Made by a program: the position numbers and the translations under genes
Part shown: positions 1 to 9,251 of the stretch, piece by piece
Layout of the letters: every line of letters starts with the position of its first letter
Numbering within the stretch: position 1 is the stretch's first letter
Notes under the pieces: model-generated
The model's input: the letters and a program-made list of their open reading frames with translations, nothing else
What the model was told of the DNA's origin: nothing
Database searches by the model: none
Assembly: GCA_945873085.1 (NCBI GenBank)
Contig: CAMCCR010000001.1
Span: forward strand, 748 to 64,747
Direction: 5' to 3'
DNA from: Candidatus Kuenenia stuttgartensis
GTDB taxonomy: Bacteria; Planctomycetota; Planctomycetia; Pirellulales; UBA1268
DNA: 64,000 nt

Positions 1-1582
1 CCGCCTGCCAGCGTCGTTCCTTGATCGCTTCTCGCCCCGGTGCTCCGGCGGTCAACGTGGCGTGGAGCGCGTCGATCCTTGGCTGGGCCCTGGCCGCCAC
101 CTTCTGGGCGTCGGAGAGGAGAGCCGCCAGTGCCGCATCGTCCCGCCGGGGGAACGTCATCACCGGAGACTCCATCGGCTGGATCTCCGTCGACCGTGCC
201 GCCTCGACGAGCGCCTTCTTGGCCGCGTTGCCCGTGATGTCCTGCTGGAGTTTCGCCGCAGCGACGTAGTCGGGCTGGTAGGCCTGCATCACGTCGGGAT
301 CGAAGAAATAGCGAATCTGGGACGCCATCGGCCCCACCATCTGGTTGGTGACCCGGCCACGCTCACCGCTGTTGGGATGAACGCGGAAGTAGATCCCGCC
401 GGTTTCCGCGCACAGCTTGGAGAGGCTGAACGGCCCGAAGCCCGAATCGATCGCCTCGTCCTCGCGAGCGCCGCTGCTGACACGCACCACTTCGGGATAG
501 AGCGTCTCCGGCCCCTGTTCGATCACCGCCCACTGCTCGGCATCGCCTTGGTCGAACTTGGGGTCGAACTCCACGTATTTCATTCGCACCTCCCGCATCC
601 CGAACGGCGCCGGAACACCGACGACGTAGACGGGGATGCCGAGCTTGCGGCAGTACTGCGCTGTCTGATCGGCGAGTTGCTGGTCATTCCCGACCTCGTC
701 GGTGAAGGCGACGACCATGACATTCTTCTTCGGTGCGGAGGTGCGGTAGATCCGGGCGCTGTCGGCCGCGGCCCGAATCGCCGCAAACGTCATCTCCACC
801 CCGGAGTCGTCGACCGGCACCGCGTCGATCGCCTTGATCACCTCGACCACGTCGTCGGTCGGTTTCTTGGTGATCAGCGACACGCTCTTCCCGAACGCGA
901 CCACGAGATTCTCGAGATCGGGGCGGTGTCGCTGGGTGCGGTCGGCGCCGAGTTCATGGAAAACGCGCTCCAACCGACTGGCGATCTCCTTGCGCTGCGC
1001 CGAGAGGCTCACCGACTGGTCGAACACCCACACGACGACCGTCGGACGCTGCCGGAGCGAAGCATCGATCTCGGCAGTCAGGCGGTCGACCGCGCCCGAC
1101 GCGCCGCTGGTGGTCGCGCCGACCGCCCCCCGAACGACGATCGTCTCGTCCATCTCGGTAGCGGTGGGAAGCTCGTCGAGCGGATCGATCTGGATGTCAC
1201 CGACGAGCTCCGGACTGGGCTCGACTGGCGTCATCGAAACGGTGTCGAGGACGGGGGCGAGCGACTGGGCCACGTCGGCTGACTGATCATCGCCGGCCGC
1301 GCCGGTCTCCTCCGGCATGTCGCTGACGATCATCTCCTGCGGGGCCAGATCGACCTCTTCGTCGCGCTCGAGGGGCGTCTCGATGACGGTCACCGCCGGG
1401 CGCGCTGCCGGCGGCGTGGCTACGCCAACAAGGGCGAGCGTGAGGAGGAGCACGACATGGAGCACGAGGCTGGCAGCCAACGCCGGCAGATCGCGGGCGA
1501 GCAGCGCAGAGGTTGCCATCACTCCATCGTCGGGGCCGTCCGGATCATCCGGGGCTCCGTCTGCTGCGGTGTGGCGTGCCAT
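1..1582 (-). CDS. von Willebrand factor type A (vWA) domain membrane protein, 3' end cut by window edge
   Basis: Absent from the ORF track because no stop codon lies inside the window. Manual translation of the minus strand from ATG at 1582 (CAT at 1580-1582) stays open to base 1. It reads MARHTAADGAPDD, then a TM helix LAASLVLHVVLLLTLALVGV, a MIDAS-like DxSxS motif (VVVWVFDQSVSLSAQRKE), then NVMVVAFTDEVGND and GIPVYVVGVPAPFG. The + ORF 62..1282 is its antisense shadow. Confidence 0.75.
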   Translation of the reverse strand, partial: MARHTAADGAPDDPDGPDDGVMATSALLARDLPALAASLVLHVVLLLTLALVGVATPPAARPAVTVIETPLERDEEVDLAPQEMIVSDMPEETGAAGDDQSADVAQSLAPVLDTVSMTPVEPSPELVGDIQIDPLDELPTATEMDETIVVRGAVGATTSGASGAVDRLTAEIDASLRQRPTVVVWVFDQSVSLSAQRKEIASRLERVFHELGADRTQRHRPDLENLVVAFGKSVSLITKKPTDDVVEVIKAIDAVPVDDSGVEMTFAAIRAAADSARIYRTSAPKKNVMVVAFTDEVGNDQQLADQTAQYCRKLGIPVYVVGVPAPFGMREVRMKYVEFDPKFDQGDAEQWAVIEQGPETLYPEVVRVSSGAREDEAIDSGFGPFSLSKLCAETGGIYFRVHPNSGERGRVTNQMVGPMASQIRYFFDPDVMQAYQPDYVAAAKLQQDITGNAAKKALVEAARSTEIQPMESPVMTFPRRDDAALAALLSDAQKVAARAQPRIDALHATLTAGAPGREAIKERRWQA

Positions 1583-1714
1583 GGGTTCCCCTCTGCGTGA
1601 GCGTCCCGGCCCTCCGCGGAACGGGGCTGGATTCGGTGTGCATTCTACCCAATCCGCCGGGGAAAGACCCGATCCGGACCATTTTCCCCGCCGCTGGCCG
1701 GCTCCGTCACGCCA

Positions 1715-2704
1715 TCAGGGGAGGCGGAGGTCCATTCCGGCCACGAGGAGGGCGGGACTGCGGAGTTGGTCGCGGTTGGCCTCCCACAGCCGGCCGGCCA
1801 TGGCGCGGTCACCATAGAACCGCTCCGCCAGGCTCTCGAGCGATTCGCCCGGCCCCACTCGGACCCGCGCCGGGCGGCTCGCCGGCTCGATCGGCGCCCC
1901 CGCGCCGGCAAGTCCCCGCTGCCGTGCCGCGGGAGGAACCCAGGTGGGGGGAATGCGGAGCGAAAGCCCAATCGGCAAAACCGCCGGATCGGTCAGCCGA
2001 TCGCGGTTGGCCAACCAAATCGCCTCCGCAGCGCCGGGATGGCCGTAGAGACGGGTCGCGATCGACGTCAGATCGTCGCCATCCCGGATCGTGTAGGTGC
2101 TCGGAGCAGCCGAAGGGGCCGTGAAGGCCGGTGCCGACGGGATCTCGGCCGAGACGGTGTGGATCACCCCTGCCCCCGGCATGGGCCCTCCCGCCAACGT
2201 CGTCACACCATCACGCGCAGGCGTGCTCACTGCCAGCGGAGCCGGTGCGGCGACGTCGAGGAGCGGGGGCGGCGGGACATCGAGGGTCGAGCGGTAGGTG
2301 CTGTTGAAGGCGGGGGGGGCGAGGGACAGATCGGCAGGCGACGCCGGAAGGACGTTCGGAGGGGGCGGAGGAGAATAGCCCGCCGAGGGAGCCTGGAGTT
2401 CGTCGGCCGGGAGGGGAAGGCTGACGGCCTCCTGGGGCGTGGCCAGATCAGAACCGTCAGCGACCGCAGAGCGGGAGTCGGGGATGCAGTATCCACCGGC
2501 CCCCGCGGGGCCCACAGCTGAAACCGGGCCCGCCCCCGCCCAGGCTGCGGGGCCGGCTGGCGATGATGCCGGCGCTGAAGCTACCGCGACGCCGCTAACT
2601 CCTCCCAACTGAGCCTCGACGAGCCGGGTGGCCATCGGCGCAGCAAGAGAGACCCCGGTCACGACCATCACCAACCCCGTCAGGAACCTGGCAGTGCGCA
2701 TCAT
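1715..2704 (-). CDS. LysM domain-containing exported protein
   Basis: Signal-like N-terminus (FLTGLVMVVTGVSLAAPMA) and a Pro/Ala-rich linker. Two C-terminal LysM-like repeats: YTIRDGDDLTSIATRLYG...LSLRIP and VRVGPGESLESLAERFYG...MDLRLP. Confidence 0.8.
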   Translation of the reverse strand: MMRTARFLTGLVMVVTGVSLAAPMATRLVEAQLGGVSGVAVASAPASSPAGPAAWAGAGPVSAVGPAGAGGYCIPDSRSAVADGSDLATPQEAVSLPLPADELQAPSAGYSPPPPPNVLPASPADLSLAPPAFNSTYRSTLDVPPPPLLDVAAPAPLAVSTPARDGVTTLAGGPMPGAGVIHTVSAEIPSAPAFTAPSAAPSTYTIRDGDDLTSIATRLYGHPGAAEAIWLANRDRLTDPAVLPIGLSLRIPPTWVPPAARQRGLAGAGAPIEPASRPARVRVGPGESLESLAERFYGDRAMAGRLWEANRDQLRSPALLVAGMDLRLP

Positions 2705-2855
2705 TGTTCCGGTGTCCCCGAGGCCTCGTGCGGTCAGCGAGCCATCCGGAAAACTCTAGCCCCTCAAATGTCGGGACGTGGCCCGACCGGAGCGCGGCGC
2801 GACTTCAATCCCCGTCGGCCAGGGTGCCTCGATCCGCATCGTCGGCAAAGTCGCA

Positions 2856-2887
2856 GGCCCCGGGGAGACAATCCGCCCCCCGGGGCC
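2856..2887 (-). terminator. GC-rich hairpin 9 nt downstream of secDF stop
   Basis: Perfect 10-bp stem GGCCCCGGGG (2856-2865) / CCCCGGGGCC (2878-2887) with a 12-nt loop. No U-tract, so terminator function is inferred only. Confidence 0.35.
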
Positions 2888-2895
2888 AACCGATC

Positions 2896-5800
2896 TCAGG
2901 CGGTGCCGGCCGCACGGGAAGCCGCCGCCGCTGCACCGGCAGGCGCCTCGGCAAACCAGCGCTGCAGCCAGAGCACGATCGGGGAGGCGATGTAGATCGT
3001 GCTGTAGGTGCCGGTGATGATGCCCACGAGCATCGTGAAGGCGAAGGCATGGATGCCCGCCCCACCGAACAGGAACAGGATCAGGGTCGCCAGGAACGCC
3101 GTGCCGGAGGTGAGGACGGTGCGGCTGAGAGTCTGGTTGACCGCCTTGTCGATCATCGGGGCGGTCACGTACTGCGCCTTGCCCCGCAGTTCGCGGAGAC
3201 GGTCGAAGATCACGATCGTGTCGTTGATCGAGAATCCGATGATCGTGAGCAGCGCGGCGACGACATCAAGGCTGATCTTGAAGTCGTCGACGAGCGCCCA
3301 ACCGAGGAACGGCGCCACGTAGTGCGAGATCGCCAGGCAGGCGACCGCCACGAGGACGTCGTGAATGAGGGCCACGACTGCCGCCAGACCGAAGGCGACG
3401 TTCTGGAACCGCAGCCAGACGTAGAGCACGATCATCCCCAGGCTGGCCAGGAGGGCATAAACCGCCGTGACCTTCGTGTTCCCGGCCACCTTCCCACCGA
3501 TCGAGTTGGCCGAAAGGTAGACCGGCGTGCCGGCCAGATCGCTCTTCATCTTCCCGAGGACACGTGCCGTCGTCTCGGCGTCCATGCCGGAGGCGAGCGT
3601 CCAGGTTTCGTACGGCTTCGAGCGGGCCACGGCGCCGGGGGCCTCGATGGCAAACGGCACCGCCCCCACTCCTTCAGCCGCCAGGGTGGCCTCGATCTTC
3701 TCCCGCAACGTGGCCTGATTGATCTTCGAGGGGAAGGTGAGCGTCGCGGTCGTCCGGGCGGCTTCGGCGGCCTGTCCTTCGGCGGCCGGGGCCGTAGCGA
3801 CATCCGCAAACGCCATCTCGTAGGTGAGGAGGCTGTCCGGGAACACCGTCTGGAGCGTCCGCTGCACCTCGGCGATGTCACGCAGCGACGTGTCGACCTT
3901 AAACCGGGCCTGCGATTCTCCGTCGACGGTCACCGCACTCACTGCCGTGTTGGGGAGCGCCTTGACGGCCTCCCGGACGTCGGCGATGTCAGGAGCCTTC
4001 CCCGGCTTGAAGGCCACCTGGACGCTCGTGCCGCCGGTGAAGTCGATGTCGAAGAGGCCCTGCCCACGCTGGGCCGCAGCGGCCAAGCCGGCGAGGATGA
4101 ACAGCGCCGAACCGAGGATCGCCGGCCGCACCCAGCGGACGAACTCGTAGTTCGTCACCCCGAAGATCCGGCCCATGTTGAGCTTGCGAATCCAGCCGTT
4201 CCGCTCGGCGAGATCGAACATCACGCGGGAGCAGAACACGGCCGTGAACAGGTTGAGGAGGAGGCCGAGGATGAGGGTGACGGCAAAGCCCTTCAGCTGA
4301 TCGGTGCCGATGAAGAACAGGACAACACCGGTGATGACCGTCGTCAGGTTGGAGTCGAGGATCGTCGAGAAGGCCCGCTGGAAGCCGTTGCGGATCGCCA
4401 TCCGCAGGGCCGCACCGCGGTCGGTCTCCTCACGCATCCGCTCGTAGATGAGCACGTTGGCGTCGACCGCCATGCCGACCGAGAGCACGAGCCCCGCGAG
4501 GCCGGCGAGGGTGAACGCCGCCTTGATCGAGATCATTAGGGCGACGACGAGGATGATGTTGAGGACCACCGCGAGATCGGCCACGAGGCCGGAGAAGCGG
4601 TAGTAGGCGAGCATGAAGGCGAGGACGACGATCGTTGCCAGGAGCATCGCCCGGGCCCCGGAGCGGATCGTGTCGGCACCGAGCTGCGGGCTGATCCGCT
4701 GTTCGCTGATCGGCTCGCTGTAGAGCGCGGCCGGCAGGCTGCCGGCATTGAGGACGCCGACGAGCGATTCGACGTCGCGCTGTTCGAAGTTGCCGGTGAT
4801 CTGCCCGTTCGACGAGATCGTGCTGCGGATCGCCGGAGCGGAGAGGAGGACGCCGTCGAGGACGATGCCCAGCCGGCTGGTGAGACGGTTGGCCGGATCG
4901 GGGAGATTGCTGCTGGTGAGGACACCGAACAGGCTGGAGCCGGCCGAATTGAACGAGAAGTTCACGCACGGTGCGAGTGACTGGGGATCGAAGCTCGACA
5001 CGGCACGCGTCAGGTAGCCACCGGTGACGTCGAAGCGGTCGAGAACGACGAGCACCTGAACGCTGCCGTCGGAGGCCTTGCGGGTCACGAGCCCCTGGTT
5101 TTCATCCGCGGAGAACTTCGTCGTATCGAGTTCGATCCACCGCCCGATCGGACCTCCGCCGTCGATGACCGTCTCGCCGACCGAACGCTCACCCAATTCG
5201 ATGACGCGGCGATGGCGGGGATCGTCCCGATTGGCGGTGATCCGGAACTCCAGAACACCGGCGCTCGACACGATCTTTTTGATGAGATCGACCTCCGACT
5301 GGTCGACCTCAGGAACGATCACCTCGAGTTGGTCGAGGCCATACCGGCGGACGGTGACTTCCTTCTGGCCACCCGGATTGACCCGGCGGGCCACCGCCGC
5401 GACGAGCTTGTCCATGTCGACCGCTGCCGACCGCCCCTCGACCTCAAACTCGAGGTCGAGCGCATCTGCGGCCACGGGAGCTTTTGCGAGCCGGACCTTC
5501 GCACCGCCGAAGTCGAGCTTGTCGACGCCGTCGATGAACGACGCCCGAGAGGCGGCGTCGGTGGTCTCGAGCTTCACGCCGATCTTGCCGTCGGCCGTGC
5601 GGGTGGCGGTGCCGAGGCGGCCTTCGCGGGCCGTAAGAAGCGACTCGATCTTCCCAATCGCATCCTCGACCTGACCGCCGACCTGCTTCGAGCCATCGAC
5701 TTCATAGACCAGGATCACGCCTCCCTTGAGGTCGATGCCGAGGCGGGGCGGCCACCCCATCGCGATGATCGCCAGGCCGGCGACGAGCGCCGTCAGCACG

Positions 5801-6084
5801 GTGGCGAGTCGCCCCCACATGTCGGAGGCCCGCAACGCCTTGGCGAGGAACCACGAGAGAATCGTCGGCACGAGAATCGTGAGCAGCGCCAGCAGCCAGA
5901 CGCCATACCCCACCCGCCACCAAGGGAGAGCGGTGGCTGCCGTGGTGGCAGCGGCGACTTCGGGGGCGGCAGCGACGGCGGCCTGGGCGAGGGGAAGGAC
6001 GAGGAGCGGAAGCATGGGTCGCAGACTCACTTTCGATGCGGATCGGGATTCGGGAGTGGGGTGGGTACCGGATGGAAAAGTCAC
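2896..6084 (-). CDS. secDF: bifunctional protein translocase subunit SecDF
   Basis: 1062-aa multi-pass membrane protein. A SecD-type part (GGVILVYEV, VDANVLIYERMREE) is followed by a SecF-type part (FSINDTIVIFDRLRE). GTG start overlaps the yajC stop (GTGA). An internal ATG (MLPLLVLPL) is an alternative start. Confidence 0.95.
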   Translation of the reverse strand: MTFPSGTHPTPESRSASKVSLRPMLPLLVLPLAQAAVAAAPEVAAATTAATALPWWRVGYGVWLLALLTILVPTILSWFLAKALRASDMWGRLATVLTALVAGLAIIAMGWPPRLGIDLKGGVILVYEVDGSKQVGGQVEDAIGKIESLLTAREGRLGTATRTADGKIGVKLETTDAASRASFIDGVDKLDFGGAKVRLAKAPVAADALDLEFEVEGRSAAVDMDKLVAAVARRVNPGGQKEVTVRRYGLDQLEVIVPEVDQSEVDLIKKIVSSAGVLEFRITANRDDPRHRRVIELGERSVGETVIDGGGPIGRWIELDTTKFSADENQGLVTRKASDGSVQVLVVLDRFDVTGGYLTRAVSSFDPQSLAPCVNFSFNSAGSSLFGVLTSSNLPDPANRLTSRLGIVLDGVLLSAPAIRSTISSNGQITGNFEQRDVESLVGVLNAGSLPAALYSEPISEQRISPQLGADTIRSGARAMLLATIVVLAFMLAYYRFSGLVADLAVVLNIILVVALMISIKAAFTLAGLAGLVLSVGMAVDANVLIYERMREETDRGAALRMAIRNGFQRAFSTILDSNLTTVITGVVLFFIGTDQLKGFAVTLILGLLLNLFTAVFCSRVMFDLAERNGWIRKLNMGRIFGVTNYEFVRWVRPAILGSALFILAGLAAAAQRGQGLFDIDFTGGTSVQVAFKPGKAPDIADVREAVKALPNTAVSAVTVDGESQARFKVDTSLRDIAEVQRTLQTVFPDSLLTYEMAFADVATAPAAEGQAAEAARTTATLTFPSKINQATLREKIEATLAAEGVGAVPFAIEAPGAVARSKPYETWTLASGMDAETTARVLGKMKSDLAGTPVYLSANSIGGKVAGNTKVTAVYALLASLGMIVLYVWLRFQNVAFGLAAVVALIHDVLVAVACLAISHYVAPFLGWALVDDFKISLDVVAALLTIIGFSINDTIVIFDRLRELRGKAQYVTAPMIDKAVNQTLSRTVLTSGTAFLATLILFLFGGAGIHAFAFTMLVGIITGTYSTIYIASPIVLWLQRWFAEAPAGAAAAASRAAGTA

Positions 6085-6446
6085 CCGCTCGATGCGGCAG
6101 ACTCCGTCGATCCGTCGAGCACCGACGCGATCGTCGACAGGGCCACCTGGATCTTGACGTTGGCGGCGTCATCCACCTTGAGGGTCACGCGACCGGATTC
6201 CCGGTCGACGTTGGCCACGGTGCCGTAGATGCCCGCCGAGGTGAGGACACGGTCGTTCTTCTTGAGCCCGGAAAGGAGATCCTGCTGCCGCTTCATCCGC
6301 TCGCGTTCCGGCTTGTAGAGCAACGTCCAGGCGGCCAGTCCCACAAGCAGGAACGGCAGGACCTGGAGGAGGAGTTGCGTCGGGGTCGCGGGCCCCTGTT
6401 CTCCGAACAACAAGACCACGGCTGTCGGAGGGGAGAAACTCGGCAT
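6081..6446 (-). CDS. yajC: preprotein translocase subunit YajC
   Basis: Single TM helix (LLLQVLPFLLVGLAAWTLLY) followed by KPERERMKRQQDLLSGLKKNDRVLTSAGIYGTVANVD, a typical YajC pattern. Start placed at ATG 6446; the track ORF extends to 6557 through an Arg/Cys-rich, non-protein-like stretch. Confidence 0.85.
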   Translation of the reverse strand: MPSFSPPTAVVLLFGEQGPATPTQLLLQVLPFLLVGLAAWTLLYKPERERMKRQQDLLSGLKKNDRVLTSAGIYGTVANVDRESGRVTLKVDDAANVKIQVALSTIASVLDGSTESAASSG

Positions 6447-6643
6447 GGTGAGAGGAAGACCCTGCGGGCGGACGGAACGGGGGCGCGGGACGCCACCGTG
6501 CGGGGGGAAAACCGCAAATGTATCGGTCTTGGCGCATGACCGACAAGAGCGACACACGGCCCGGCCGGACGACGGGCAGTCAGGGCCCCATAAAGGGCTT
6601 GGAACGACCGGGTCCCCGCCTCATCCGCCTGATCCCCACCGAA

Positions 6644-7798
6644 TCAGACCTGTTCCTCCCCAGCCCGCAGGCTGTCGAGCATCCCCTTGGCGACGGCCTC
6701 GAAACGCCCGGCCACCACCGCCTCTCGGAGTCGGGCCACGAGCCGTTGGTAGAAGGTGAGGTTGTGGATCGAAGCGAGCACCGGGCCGAGCATTTCACCG
6801 GCGAGGAACAGGTGGCGGAGGTAGTCGCGGCCATGCCGGCAGGCGGGGCAGGGACAATCTGCCTCCAGCGGCCGGCGATCGCGGGCATGCCGGGCATTGC
6901 GGAGGCGGATCGGCCCGGAGAAGGTGTAGACGAGCGAATTGCGCCCGCAGCGGGTGGGGAGGACGCAATCAAACATGTCGATCCCGGTGCCGATCGCCTG
7001 GATGATGTCGGCCGGTTGCCCCACCCCCATGAGATACCGGGGACGATCGGCCGGGAGCCGGGGCACGGTGGCTCTGAGCGTCGTCACCATCGCCTCGGGG
7101 CCCTCTCCGACGGATAGCCCGCCGACGGCATACCCCGGAAAGCCGATCTCTTGGAGCCGAGCAGCGCTCTCGGCGCGGAGATCGGGATCGAGCCCCCCCT
7201 GCACGATGCCAAACAGGGCCTGATCGGGGCGCTGGTGAGCGATGCGGCAGCGCTTCGCCCAGCGGATCGAGCGTTCCATCGCGTCGGCGACGGTATCCCG
7301 ATCGGCGGGGAGAGCGATGACATGGTCGAGTTGCATCGCGACGTCGGCGCCGATCCGCTCCTGGATGCGCATCGATGCCTCCGGCGTGAAGGCGATCGCC
7401 CGGCCGTCGAGATGCGAGCGGAAAAACGCCCCCTCCTCGGTCACCTTCACCTGCTTGGCGAGGCTGAACACCTGAAACCCACCACTGTCGGTGAGCATCG
7501 GCCCACCCCATCCCATGAACCGCGCGACTCCGCCGGCCGCCTCGACGATCTCCTCGCCGGGGCGGAGGTGGAGGTGGTAGGCATTGGCTAGCACCATTCG
7601 AGCGCCGGTACCGGCGACCCGCCCGATGTCGACCCCCTTGACCGTCGCCGCCGTTGCCACGGGCATGAACAGCGGGGTGGGCGCCGATCCGCGGGGCGTG
7701 ACGAGCGTGCCGGCCCGGGCCCCATCCGAGGTCGCCTGCTCTGTCCAACGCACCGGAGGGACGGCCCCCCCCTGCTCCGCTCGATCGTGTTCGTGCAC
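6644..7798 (-). CDS. tgt: tRNA-guanine transglycosylase (queuine tRNA-ribosyltransferase)
   Basis: Motifs [24 protein letters not shown] and the zinc site CPCPACRH. Start set at in-frame GTG 7798, because the 61 upstream codons of the track ORF (to 7981) run into the 3' end of ugd. The start remains uncertain. Confidence 0.9.
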   Translation of the reverse strand: MHEHDRAEQGGAVPPVRWTEQATSDGARAGTLVTPRGSAPTPLFMPVATAATVKGVDIGRVAGTGARMVLANAYHLHLRPGEEIVEAAGGVARFMGWGGPMLTDSGGFQVFSLAKQVKVTEEGAFFRSHLDGRAIAFTPEASMRIQERIGADVAMQLDHVIALPADRDTVADAMERSIRWAKRCRIAHQRPDQALFGIVQGGLDPDLRAESAARLQEIGFPGYAVGGLSVGEGPEAMVTTLRATVPRLPADRPRYLMGVGQPADIIQAIGTGIDMFDCVLPTRCGRNSLVYTFSGPIRLRNARHARDRRPLEADCPCPACRHGRDYLRHLFLAGEMLGPVLASIHNLTFYQRLVARLREAVVAGRFEAVAKGMLDSLRAGEEQV

Positions 7799-7824
7799 GC
7801 TTCCCTCGTTCACGCCGGCCCCAA

Positions 7825-9144
7825 TCAGCCCGGCAGGACCGGCGCCTTGCCGATGCAGTGGTACGTGAAGCCGCGCGACCGCATCTCGGCCGGCGAGTAG
7901 AGGTTGCGGCCGTCGAAGATGACCTTCGCCCCGAGCCGCAAGGCCATCTCGTCGAAATCGGGCCGACGGAACTCCCCCCACTCGGTGACGATGACGAGAC
8001 AGTCGGCCCCGTCGAGCGCCTCCATCGGCCGCTCCGCGTAGGTCAGGCGGTCGCCGTAGATGGCCCGGACGTTCGCCATCGCCTCGGGATCATGGACAGC
8101 AACCGTCGCCCCACCGGCAAGGAGGTGGTCGATGAGATCGAGCGCCGGGGCATCGCGGATATCGTCGGTGCGGGGCTTGAAGGCCAGCCCCCACACCGCC
8201 ACGCGGCGGCCGGAGAGCTGCCCCCCGAAGTGGGCCTCGAGCTTGGCTCCGAGGACGAGCTTCTGGGCGACGTTGGTGTCATGAACGGCGGAGAGGACGC
8301 GCGGGGAAAGCCCCTGGGCCCGGGCCATCGCCGCCAGGGCCTGAACATCCTTCGGGAAACAACTGCCGCCATACCCGGCGCCCGGAAAGAGGAAGGCGAA
8401 GCCGATCCGATTGTCATGCCCGATCCCGCGGCGGACGTCGTCGATGTCGGCATCGATCCGCTCGCAGAGATTCGCCACCTCGTTGATGAAACTGATCTTG
8501 GTCGACAACAGCGCGTTGGCGACATACTTCGTCATCTCCGCGCTCTCCGGCGACATCGCCAGAAACGGATGCTCCGTGCGGAGGTAGGGGGCATAGAGAT
8601 TCCGGAGCAGATCGCCATCGGCGGCGGAGCGGACCCCGACGACAACCCGGTCGGGCCGCTGGAAGTCGTCGATCGCGGCTCCTTCCTTGAGAAACTCCGG
8701 ATTGCTCGCCACCCGACAGGGCCGGCCCGTCGCGGCAAGCAATCGGGCCTCGATCCCGGCACACGTCCCCACCGGGACGGTGCTCTTCGTGACGATCATC
8801 GCCGCCGGATCGATGTGCGGTGCGATCGATTCAGTCACCTTCCAGAGGGCCGTGAGATCAGCCGAGCCATCAGCCGCCGGCGGGGTGCCGACAGCGAGGA
8901 AGATGATCTCAGCACGGCTCACCGCCGCCGCAGTGTCGGTGGTGAACCGAAGACGGCCGGCGCGGACGTTGCGTTCGACGAGTTCCTCGAGCCCGGGCTC
9001 ATAGATCGGGATCTCGCCGCGATTCAGCCGGGCGATCTTGTCGGCGTTGATGTCGAGGCAGGTGACGACGTTGCCGCTGTCGGCAAAACAGGTTCCCGAG
9101 ACGAGGCCGACGTAGCCCGTTCCCACGACTGCGATCCGCATCAT
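7825..9144 (-). CDS. ugd: UDP-glucose 6-dehydrogenase
   Basis: N-terminal Rossmann motif [14 protein letters not shown] and catalytic-Cys motif GGSCFPKD. 439 aa, typical of the UDP-glucose/GDP-mannose dehydrogenase family. Confidence 0.9.
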   Translation of the reverse strand: MMRIAVVGTGYVGLVSGTCFADSGNVVTCLDINADKIARLNRGEIPIYEPGLEELVERNVRAGRLRFTTDTAAAVSRAEIIFLAVGTPPAADGSADLTALWKVTESIAPHIDPAAMIVTKSTVPVGTCAGIEARLLAATGRPCRVASNPEFLKEGAAIDDFQRPDRVVVGVRSAADGDLLRNLYAPYLRTEHPFLAMSPESAEMTKYVANALLSTKISFINEVANLCERIDADIDDVRRGIGHDNRIGFAFLFPGAGYGGSCFPKDVQALAAMARAQGLSPRVLSAVHDTNVAQKLVLGAKLEAHFGGQLSGRRVAVWGLAFKPRTDDIRDAPALDLIDHLLAGGATVAVHDPEAMANVRAIYGDRLTYAERPMEALDGADCLVIVTEWGEFRRPDFDEMALRLGAKVIFDGRNLYSPAEMRSRGFTYHCIGKAPVLPG

Positions 9145-9251
9145 GACCTCTCGAATGAGTCCGGTGATTGATCCTGCCAGGCTCGAACACAGCGCGAGCC
9201 CGGCGGACGCCGGGGCCCGCGGCCACGATTCATCCGTTTGTCCTGCCCGCG

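Noticed and set aside
62-1282. 406-aa + strand ORF at the window start
   Set aside because: Arg/His/Asp/Leu/Gly-rich composition with no motifs. It is the antisense shadow of the minus-strand vWA gene, which has a clear TM helix and a DxSxS motif.
2704-6228. Long + strand ORFs (2704..4539, 611 aa; 5212..6228, 338 aa) opposite secDF
   Set aside because: Typical high-GC antisense ORFs, Arg/Gly/Glu/His-rich. The minus strand encodes an unmistakable SecDF.
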